Below are positions 55,417 to 62,737 of a stretch of 64,000 nt of DNA, in pieces. The stretch's first letter is position 1. Every line of letters starts with the position of its first letter. Origin of the DNA: Actinomycetota bacterium (GTDB taxonomy: Bacteria > Actinomycetota > CADDZG01 > JAHWKV01); assembly GCA_019347715.1 (NCBI GenBank), contig JAHWKU010000010.1, positions 10,805-74,804 of the forward strand, read 5' to 3'. A program made the position numbers and the translations under genes. A model generated the notes under the pieces. That model saw nothing but the letters and a program-made list of their open reading frames with translations, made no database searches and was not told the origin of the DNA.

Positions 55417-56547
55417 ATGCAGTCTGGCAAAAAGGGCCACCGGCGCTGGACCTGGTGGAGATGCAACATCCTCAATATGAATGCCGCGGGCCTAGAGTTG
55501 CGGCTTTCCTCCCAACAGCTCTGTGGCTGGCGCAGTAAAGATTCGGTAGTGATGCAATCATGGGTTGAGGACACCCTGGCATGCCCCCGTGATGGCGTAT
55601 CTCTAAGTCTGAAGGGAGATGTGCTCAAATGCCCCGAGGGTCATGAATACCCCCTCATCCTGGGCGTTCCGGTGATGCTGATCGATGAGGCGCCTCCTAC
55701 GCATGGGGCCATTAGGGAAACCTTGAATCAGGTGACGGGCGAGCTTGGCTATCCCGAGATTGGGGACCCCCAAGAAACACGGCAGTTTGTACAAGACATG
55801 TTGGGCGCAACCTGTGGACACATGTATCAGCATGTCAAGTCCTTACAGGACTATCCGATCCCTCGGTTCCCCCTTTCTCCTGAGTTCGCGGGAGCCACGC
55901 TCATAGACATCGGCTCAAATTGGGGAAGGTGGTCGTTCTCAGCCGCTCGGAAGGGATTCAGAGTTGTGGCGGTAGATCCTTCCTTAAGGAGTGCCCTGGC
56001 GGGCAAGGAGATAGCGCGCCAGATAGGTCTTCCGGTTTCGTTTATCGTTGGAGATGCCCGATTCTTGCCCTTCAAATCTCGAACTTTTGATGTTGCATTC
56101 TCATATTCCGTTCTTCAGCACTTCAGTAAGAGTGATGCTCAGCTGGCGATAGACGAGGCCTCTAGAGTTCTGAGGCCGGACCGGACCATCTTGGTTCAGA
56201 TGGCGAACGGACGGGGACTCAGGCAACTCTTTAACCGGTTGAGACAGCAGGTAAAGGCGGATACCAATCCCTTCCGAGTTCGGTACTGGACCATCCGCGA
56301 GCTAAACGCTGTATTCGAACAAATAGGGAAGACTTCGATTTCAGCAGATGGTTACCTATCATTGAATGCTCAAATCTCGGATATTGACATCTTGCCTAGA
56401 AGATATGGATTCCTAATCCGGTTTTCTGAAGCTCTGAAAGGAGTTGCCGCGAGGAGGCCGATCCTAACGGAATTCGCCGATAGCCTATGGGTAATGTCCA
56501 GGAAGAGAGCGCAGGATGGCACCCCGGGCAGCCCGCCTGAGACCTAA
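55417..56547 (+). CDS. class I SAM-dependent methyltransferase with N-terminal Trm112-like zinc-ribbon domain
   Basis: Start uncertain (an alternative Met is near 55547). LACPRDGVSLSLKGDVLKCPEGHEYPLILGVPVML is Trm112/DUF343-like. The MT fold is TLIDIGSNWGRWSFSAARKGFRVVAVDPS. Confidence 0.75.
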   Translation: MQSGKKGHRRWTWWRCNILNMNAAGLELRLSSQQLCGWRSKDSVVMQSWVEDTLACPRDGVSLSLKGDVLKCPEGHEYPLILGVPVMLIDEAPPTHGAIRETLNQVTGELGYPEIGDPQETRQFVQDMLGATCGHMYQHVKSLQDYPIPRFPLSPEFAGATLIDIGSNWGRWSFSAARKGFRVVAVDPSLRSALAGKEIARQIGLPVSFIVGDARFLPFKSRTFDVAFSYSVLQHFSKSDAQLAIDEASRVLRPDRTILVQMANGRGLRQLFNRLRQQVKADTNPFRVRYWTIRELNAVFEQIGKTSISADGYLSLNAQISDIDILPRRYGFLIRFSEALKGVAARRPILTEFADSLWVMSRKRAQDGTPGSPPET

Positions 56548-56589
56548 ATTAACTGGGAGTCTGGATGAGGTCGCTGCGGTAGGAGCCTC

Positions 56590-56794
56590 GGGGGGGTGTC
56601 ATCGGCTCTTGCCGGGATACCATGGGTTCTTTCACATTCGAGAGACTAACGGGAGTGCCCGTGGTACTGAACACTTCGTTCAATGAGAATGAGCCCATCT
56701 GGTGCACGCCTGCGGAAGCCATCGACTGCTTTCAAAGGACGCAGATGGATTCTTTGGTGCTCGGGAACTTCATCGTCGACAAGACGAACTCCTG
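56590..56794 (+). pseudogene. 3' fragment of a carbamoyltransferase gene (duplicate of 55175-55377 region)
   Basis: About 87 percent nucleotide identity to the 3' end of 53641..55377 by my manual alignment. The frame is intact over the last 55 codons (FERLTGVPVVLNTSFNENEPIWCTPAEAIDCFQRTQMDSLVLGNFIVDKTNS*). Upstream of that it is degenerate and shifted. It ends in the same TGATGAGCTTT stop/start junction. Confidence 0.7.
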
Positions 56795-59695
56795 ATGAGC
56801 TTTGCTCCCGAGTGGTATCCCTTCGCGGGGTTTCTCATCGCCCTCGGAGCGGGTCTCCTTCTCATGCCGATCACGATCGCGTTGGCAAGGAAGTTCGGTT
56901 TTGTTGTTCGGCCTCGTCTGTTCAAGAGGGGGCGAAGGAGGTCCATCTCATATCTCGGCGGGATCGCAGTGGCCGCCTCGACACTGCTCGGCTTCGGCGT
57001 CCTCGGGGAGGCCAGCGAGATCTTCTACTTTCTTCTGGCGGGGCTGTTGCTCATGGTTATCGGGTTTGTCGATGACCGCTCGGGCGGCAAGGTGCCGGCG
57101 TGGGTGAGGCTCGTTGCGCAAATTCTCGTAGCCACGCTGGTTGCGGTCTATCTCTACGAAGGAAGCCTGGCCAAGGCGCTCTTCGAGATCTTTTTGATCG
57201 TGGCGGTGACCAATGCCTTCAATCTCCTCGACAACATGGACGGCGTGGCCGGCACGACCGCCTTCGCGACGGCCTCGAGCATTTCGTTTCTCGCCATGGT
57301 CGGAGGAAGGCCGAACATAGCTCTCACCGCGGCCTGTCTGGCCGGCGCATCGATCGCATTTCTCCGTCACAACTTTCGATCCGCTACGAGCTATCTCGGA
57401 AACGGCGGTTCTCTTTTCATCGGGTTTCTGATTGCTGCCCTTGCGGTCAACACCGGGCTCCCCCTTGGTACCGGGTGGGAGCTGGTGGGGGCCGTGTTGT
57501 TACTGGCCGTTCCCACCACCGACATGTTCGTCGTGACGATCGCTCGATTCATTCATCGAAAGAGACTGTCCCACGGCGGAGTCGATCACGTCTCTCATCG
57601 ACTGGTGAGGATGGGACTCAGCAGCAGGATGGCAGCACTGCTTCACGGGCTGGCTGCGCTGGTTGCAGGGGCCATGGCGTACCTGGCGAGCAACTTCGCG
57701 CAGCCGGAGATTCTCGTCGGCGCCGTGGCGGCGTTCGCGCTAGCCGGCATCGTATTACTGAGCGTGCGGGTGTATGCGGAACCAAAGTCGTGGCTTAGGA
57801 CCGCCGCTTTGGCTGTCTCGGTTACGTTGCTGGGCTTTGTTCTGATGGCCGTTGCCCCGACGCTCTCGGCCGCGTCCGACCTTCATTCCTCGCGCGCTCA
57901 TTTCGAAAAGGGCCTGGACGCGTTCATGGCCTTTCAGTCCCAAAAAGCGGCGGCGGAGTTCAAGTCCGCGGGGGAGTCTGCTCGCAGAGCTGAGGAGACT
58001 CTGGGATCGTTCTTCACGGTTCCCGCCAGAGCGCTTCCGATCGCAGGACCGAACCTTCGGCTCGCTCGAGATCTCGCCGAAGCTGCAGACCTCCTGACGC
58101 CTGCGGCACTGGCAGGTGTTGAAGCCTTATCGGCCTTCCCTCGCGACGCACAGAATCGACCGGTCATCGGGCTCGTGGAGGGCCGCATCCAGTACGCGGG
58201 ATGGGTGCATGCCAAGGACTATTTCGATCAGGCGGCATCGGCTGTGCGACTCGCCCTGGTGAAGGCCAATGCAGAAAGAGGATTCGTTCTTCCTCCTTTG
58301 TCCAGTGCCAGAGCCGACTTCGTGACCAAAGGAAACGAGCTGCTGCGAACGCTCGAAGGGGCTTCGGGGCTGGCTGAGATCTTGCCTCTCATCTCGGGAG
58401 CGGATGGGCCCAAGACCTGGTTTCTCGCCATCCAGAATCCGGTCGAACTCCGTGCAACCGGAGGATTTCTTGGGGCGTTCGGATTGCTCTCGGCAGATGC
58501 CGGAAAGATCAGTCTTCTGCGCCTCGACTCCAACCTCTCTCTTCCGCCTCTTCCTCAGGACGTCGGGCCTGAGGCCGTGCATGCTCGCTACGACCGGTTC
58601 GCCTCCAACCGGATGTGGCAAAACGTGAACATGACGCCGGACTTCCCGACCGCGGCCCAGCAGATGATGGCGATGTGGGAAGCGCAGTCGGGACAGAAGG
58701 TGGATGGAGTGGTCGCCATCGACGCGGTCGGCCTGAGCCATCTCTTAGAGGTCGTCGGGCCGGTGGCAACAGAGGACTTCGGGATGATCGATTCCGAGAA
58801 CTTCTCGCGGGTCACTCTGAACGAGGCCTACACCCGCTTTCCGGAAAAGGCTGAGAGGGCCGACGTGCTGCTGTCGGTTGGAGCCGCGGCATGGTCGAGG
58901 CTTCTGTCCGGAACCTTCGAAAACCCATTAGAGCTGAGGCCGCTCGCCAAGGCGGTTGCCGAGCGACACGTCTTCGCGTGGAGTCCCCTAAATCCTTCCG
59001 CCTTTTCAAAGGCGAAAGCTTCCGGTGCTCTAAGGGAGCCCCAAGACAACGAAGACTTCCTCATGGTCGTGGGGCAAAACGCTGCTGCCAACAAGATCGA
59101 TTACTACATGAAAAGAACCATTAATTATCAAGTGAAACTTTTGCCCGAGGGCCGTTCTGAATCCGATCTCCAGGTCGCCATCGCCAACACCGCTCCCAAG
59201 TCTGGATTGGTGAAATACATCGCCGGCCCTTACCTGCCGACCGATCCCGCCGGGCTGAATCGTTCCTACACCTCTGTTTATGTTCCTTTGAACCGTGGCG
59301 TGATATCCGCTCAGGTGAATGGTGAAGCAGCCGGCGTGGAGAGCCATCAGGAAAAAGGACTGGCGGTGTTCTCGAATCACCTGGAAGCTCTGCCGGGAGA
59401 GACTTCCGCTATGCATCTGTCATTGGCCGGCGGAGTTCATCGACCCGGCGAATACGTGCTTCACGTTCAAAAGCAGCCAACTCTTCGCGCAGACGACTTC
59501 ACGGTCGAGGTGACGATCCCATCGGGAATGGTTGTCACCGGGATGACCTCGGGGATGACTATTGAAGGAGACAATGTGCGCTGGAACGGCACGCTCGACA
59601 CCGACAAGAAGTTCGTCGTTCGTTATGGAAACTCTCTGGTGGACCGTATCAAGAGCTTCATCCAGTCGGATTCGGATCTCGCGATCTCGGCTTGA
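56795..59695 (+). CDS. fusion: WecA/MraY-family polyprenyl-phosphate HexNAc-1-P transferase + DUF4012 domain
   Basis: Track ORF 56702..59695. ATG at 56795 (MSFAPEWYPFAGFLIALGAG...). N-terminal about 330 aa are polytopic with NAFNLLDNMDGVAG. The C-terminal about 630 aa carry the DUF4012 signature LAIQNPVELRATGGFLGAFGLL. Confidence 0.8.
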   Translation: MSFAPEWYPFAGFLIALGAGLLLMPITIALARKFGFVVRPRLFKRGRRRSISYLGGIAVAASTLLGFGVLGEASEIFYFLLAGLLLMVIGFVDDRSGGKVPAWVRLVAQILVATLVAVYLYEGSLAKALFEIFLIVAVTNAFNLLDNMDGVAGTTAFATASSISFLAMVGGRPNIALTAACLAGASIAFLRHNFRSATSYLGNGGSLFIGFLIAALAVNTGLPLGTGWELVGAVLLLAVPTTDMFVVTIARFIHRKRLSHGGVDHVSHRLVRMGLSSRMAALLHGLAALVAGAMAYLASNFAQPEILVGAVAAFALAGIVLLSVRVYAEPKSWLRTAALAVSVTLLGFVLMAVAPTLSAASDLHSSRAHFEKGLDAFMAFQSQKAAAEFKSAGESARRAEETLGSFFTVPARALPIAGPNLRLARDLAEAADLLTPAALAGVEALSAFPRDAQNRPVIGLVEGRIQYAGWVHAKDYFDQAASAVRLALVKANAERGFVLPPLSSARADFVTKGNELLRTLEGASGLAEILPLISGADGPKTWFLAIQNPVELRATGGFLGAFGLLSADAGKISLLRLDSNLSLPPLPQDVGPEAVHARYDRFASNRMWQNVNMTPDFPTAAQQMMAMWEAQSGQKVDGVVAIDAVGLSHLLEVVGPVATEDFGMIDSENFSRVTLNEAYTRFPEKAERADVLLSVGAAAWSRLLSGTFENPLELRPLAKAVAERHVFAWSPLNPSAFSKAKASGALREPQDNEDFLMVVGQNAAANKIDYYMKRTINYQVKLLPEGRSESDLQVAIANTAPKSGLVKYIAGPYLPTDPAGLNRSYTSVYVPLNRGVISAQVNGEAAGVESHQEKGLAVFSNHLEALPGETSAMHLSLAGGVHRPGEYVLHVQKQPTLRADDFTVEVTIPSGMVVTGMTSGMTIEGDNVRWNGTLDTDKKFVVRYGNSLVDRIKSFIQSDSDLAISA

Positions 59696-61689
59696 AACGG
59701 AGAACCCTTCTCCTCGTTTCTTCGGCTCTTGCTTTTTTAATCCTGCCGACACTCGTTTCTGTAGCTCTCGCGCGGGGCCATCTGGTTAGCGCGGAGCAAT
59801 ATCTCCTGCGAGCGAAAGGAAATCTGAAGGCATTTGATTTGCCAGCAGCGGAAAGTGATCTCAAGGCCGCCGACGCTTCACTACGCAGGGGAGAGCGGCT
59901 TGTCGACTCTCCGATCAACTTCGGAGGACTGTTGGTTCCCATCGTGAGTGAGAACCTGACGGTACTTCGAGCGATTGCGGACTCGTCAGGTGAAGCAATT
60001 GCCGCCGGCCAATCTGCAATCGCGGTTCTGAATGCCTTCCCTCGTCAGGAAGGGCGATTGGTCGCACCGTGGAGAGAGGGGGCGGTGAACCTCGAGCCTT
60101 TCAGGCACCTCGAGGCCGAGACTTCATTCATGCGAAGCCGAGTGGAAGCCGCGGCCGCCAGGATGTCGAACACCTCGCCCGATCTCCTTTTGCCGGCCAT
60201 GTCCCGTGCCCGTAGTCGACTCACCAGCGAGCTGGTTGTCGCGCGTGCTCAGGCCAGAGCAGCTACGGGGGCAGCCTTTCTCATCCCGAGAATGCTGGGC
60301 GACGAAGGAGCGCGCAGATGGATCATCGGTGCCGAGAACATTGCGGAACTGAGAGGGCGAGGAGGCTACGTTGGTTCATTCGGCGTCCTCGAGACGACGA
60401 AAGGTCGCATGGCCCTCGGCGATTTTGTCCCGGTCGCAGATCTTCCTGCCTTGTCTTCCGAGTTGAGACGCAATCCCGACGTGCCGCCGGAATACCGGGA
60501 GCACTACGCCGAGATCGGAGGGCTGGACGCCTGGCCCAACCTTTTCATGAGTCCCAGCTTTCCTTCCGGAGCATCTTTGTTCGCAAGGCAATTGAAGAAT
60601 CAGGTGGGAATCTCATCGGATGGTGTGATCTCAATCGATCCTATTGGGCTCTCATACCTCATGGAAGTGACCGGACCCGTGACGGTCGAGGGATTCCCCG
60701 AACCCCTCACTTCAGAAAATGTCGTTGAGTGGTCGCTCAGCCGCCTGTATTCCGATCTCGAGCAAGATCAGGACGCACGCCGCGAGCAATCATCGAAGAT
60801 CGCGGAGGCGGTATGGCGTCAGCTGACGACGGCAAGGTCGCTGGACTCGCGCAAGCTCTCTGAAGCGTTCGGACGTGCCCTCGCCGAACGCAGAATGGTC
60901 TTGTGGTCAAAGGAATCTCGGGAGCAGAGCGAAATCGAGAAGCTGGGGATTGGTGGGACCATCTCACAATCGCCTGGGGATTATTTGATGCTTGTCAGTC
61001 AGAACTTCGGTGAGAACAAGCTCGATTACTACCTGGAACGCAGCATCGAACTGACCGGCCGGATCCGCTCCGATGGGAGCCTGCTCGCGGAGACGAAAGT
61101 GACGGTGACGAACACCGCCTCCACGGATGTTGATCTTCCGGGAGCGGTTGGAGGGGAGCGGCCCCGGCTCGACCTGGCCTCCGGCACCGCGCGCAGCTTC
61201 CTAAAGCTTTTCGTCCACCAGAATGCTGTGCTCACCGAAGTTCTGAAAGATGGAGAGCCGACCACCGACTTCGAAAACTCCCCCGAACTCGGAAAGAGGC
61301 GATTCGCGGTCTACGCCGAAGTTGCTCCTCGAGAAACCCAGGAGTTTCGGTTCCGCTATCTCGTTCCCGACATACTCGACGAAGAAGGCTACGACCTCAC
61401 GGTGCAGTCCCAGTCGACGGTGCGTCCCGATCGCCTAAGGGTGGATCTGGAATTGCCGGCGGGGGCGAGGCTCAGTCCCTCTGGTACTCAGCGGATCCAA
61501 TGGAGCGAGGCCCTTACTGCGGATAAGACGCTGCACGCCAGCATCGATCGAACCGTTCCCATGAGAATCGCCGGCATCGCGGCAGGATTGGGGTCCTCAC
61601 AGTTGTGGCTTGCTCTCGGCCTGGGCGTCGTGCTGACTTTGGTGGGGATCTCGTTGAGGTTTCGGTTATCGAACAGAGAAATTCCGTAG
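59692..61689 (+). CDS. DUF4012 domain protein (membrane-anchored, extracytoplasmic)
   Basis: 665 aa. N-terminal signal/TM, DUF4012 signature IGAENIAELRGRGGYVGSFGVL, C-terminal TM helix. Paralogous to the C-terminal part of the preceding fusion. Confidence 0.8.
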   Translation: MKRRTLLLVSSALAFLILPTLVSVALARGHLVSAEQYLLRAKGNLKAFDLPAAESDLKAADASLRRGERLVDSPINFGGLLVPIVSENLTVLRAIADSSGEAIAAGQSAIAVLNAFPRQEGRLVAPWREGAVNLEPFRHLEAETSFMRSRVEAAAARMSNTSPDLLLPAMSRARSRLTSELVVARAQARAATGAAFLIPRMLGDEGARRWIIGAENIAELRGRGGYVGSFGVLETTKGRMALGDFVPVADLPALSSELRRNPDVPPEYREHYAEIGGLDAWPNLFMSPSFPSGASLFARQLKNQVGISSDGVISIDPIGLSYLMEVTGPVTVEGFPEPLTSENVVEWSLSRLYSDLEQDQDARREQSSKIAEAVWRQLTTARSLDSRKLSEAFGRALAERRMVLWSKESREQSEIEKLGIGGTISQSPGDYLMLVSQNFGENKLDYYLERSIELTGRIRSDGSLLAETKVTVTNTASTDVDLPGAVGGERPRLDLASGTARSFLKLFVHQNAVLTEVLKDGEPTTDFENSPELGKRRFAVYAEVAPRETQEFRFRYLVPDILDEEGYDLTVQSQSTVRPDRLRVDLELPAGARLSPSGTQRIQWSEALTADKTLHASIDRTVPMRIAGIAAGLGSSQLWLALGLGVVLTLVGISLRFRLSNREIP

Positions 61690-61755
61690 AGCCGATTGAC
61701 ACTTGCTTGCTGCGAAGGATAGCTTTCGGAGCAGGCTGCTGGGAGGAGTTTAAAG

Positions 61756-62034
61756 TTGACGAGAATTGTCCGTTTTGCATGCCCAACACTGATACTCGTG
61801 GGTCTCATGCTGACCCTTCTTGCCGCGGCGGCGTTGGTCGCGATCGAGACCGCCCCCGTCGAAGCCACACTGCCCGGGCTCGACGACATGGATCCCAAGA
61901 TAGGAACGATCGTGCATCACGGTTCTCCCTACATGAGCCCGTGTGGAGCTTCACGGTCCGACCCGCCCCCGAGCCCACCAGAAGGAGGCAAGGGTGGAGC
62001 GTCTGAAGAGTGCCGACCTGCCCACAGCCGGTAG
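61756..62034 (+). CDS. putative small secreted protein (92 aa)
   Basis: TTG start 7 nt after GGGAGGAG. Signal-peptide-like MTRIVRFACPTLILVGLMLTLLAAAALVAIETAPVEA. Mature part has 2 Cys and a Pro-rich segment. Supported only by ORF, RBS and signal peptide. Confidence 0.35.
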   Translation: MTRIVRFACPTLILVGLMLTLLAAAALVAIETAPVEATLPGLDDMDPKIGTIVHHGSPYMSPCGASRSDPPPSPPEGGKGGASEECRPAHSR

Positions 62035-62113
62035 TCGAGAAGCAATACAGGCAAGTTACTTTCAGTAAATTCTCCGCTTCTAAAAGTGAGAAAAGGTGGA
62101 CTTAGAGTCATAA

Positions 62114-62665
62114 ATGGGTAATCATCTACCGATTATGAAGAGAGCCCTGCTGTTAACCATTGTTCTAGTTTTCCTTTTTCTTCTGCCCACTGCGGCAGTC
62201 GCGCAGTACCCGCCAACCGTCGGGGATTTGGTCATCGACAAAACCGTGGTGGAGCCCGGAGAGTCCGTCCGGGTATCCGGCGGCGGTTTCTGTCCAGGGA
62301 CTCAGGTGACCGTGACGCTAGTTCCAACCGGTTCGACGACCGGTGCGCCTCGGGCGCTCGGGACATTCACCACAGACGCCTCGGGCAATTTCGCGGGAAG
62401 CGTGATTATCCCTACCGATACTCCTCCCGGCACATACACGCTTCAAGCGACGGGTCAGAGCAGTGATTGCGTTGCGACTCGGGTCCTTAGTGCCAATCTC
62501 ACCGTGCGGGCCGCGCAGGCCGCGGTCGCTCGGGGCCCCCGTGGCTTTGGCGCAGTAACAGGGATCGAAGCGCTCCCCTGGGTGGTAGGCGGCTTGGCGG
62601 TAATCGGGCTTGGGACTGGGATGGTCGTGATCTCACGCCGCCGCTCCCGTGCTCCCCTGAGCTGA
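62114..62665 (+). CDS. secreted Ig-like/beta-sandwich protein with C-terminal TM anchor
   Basis: 183 aa. Signal peptide MKRALLLTIVLVFLFLLPTAAVA, Gly/Thr-rich beta region, C-terminal hydrophobic helix plus RRRSR. Preceded by an AT-rich promoter-like stretch. Confidence 0.5.
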   Translation: MGNHLPIMKRALLLTIVLVFLFLLPTAAVAQYPPTVGDLVIDKTVVEPGESVRVSGGGFCPGTQVTVTLVPTGSTTGAPRALGTFTTDASGNFAGSVIIPTDTPPGTYTLQATGQSSDCVATRVLSANLTVRAAQAAVARGPRGFGAVTGIEALPWVVGGLAVIGLGTGMVVISRRRSRAPLS

Positions 62666-62737
62666 TCGGCGCAGTTTCACAACTAGCTCCTCTGCCTATA
62701 ATTGAATTTCTAGTTGTCCTCTAGGCCGAAGGACTAA

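Larger units (their letters stand above)
28720..56590. other. putative horizontally acquired glycan island (pseudaminic-acid-containing polymer)
   Basis: Visibly AT-richer than both flanks (by eye, not computed), strongest over 29.3-53 kb. Repeat family A is absent inside it. The left edge is at a family-A repeat plus hairpin. The right edge is at a duplicated carbamoyltransferase 3' fragment. Confidence 0.5.
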
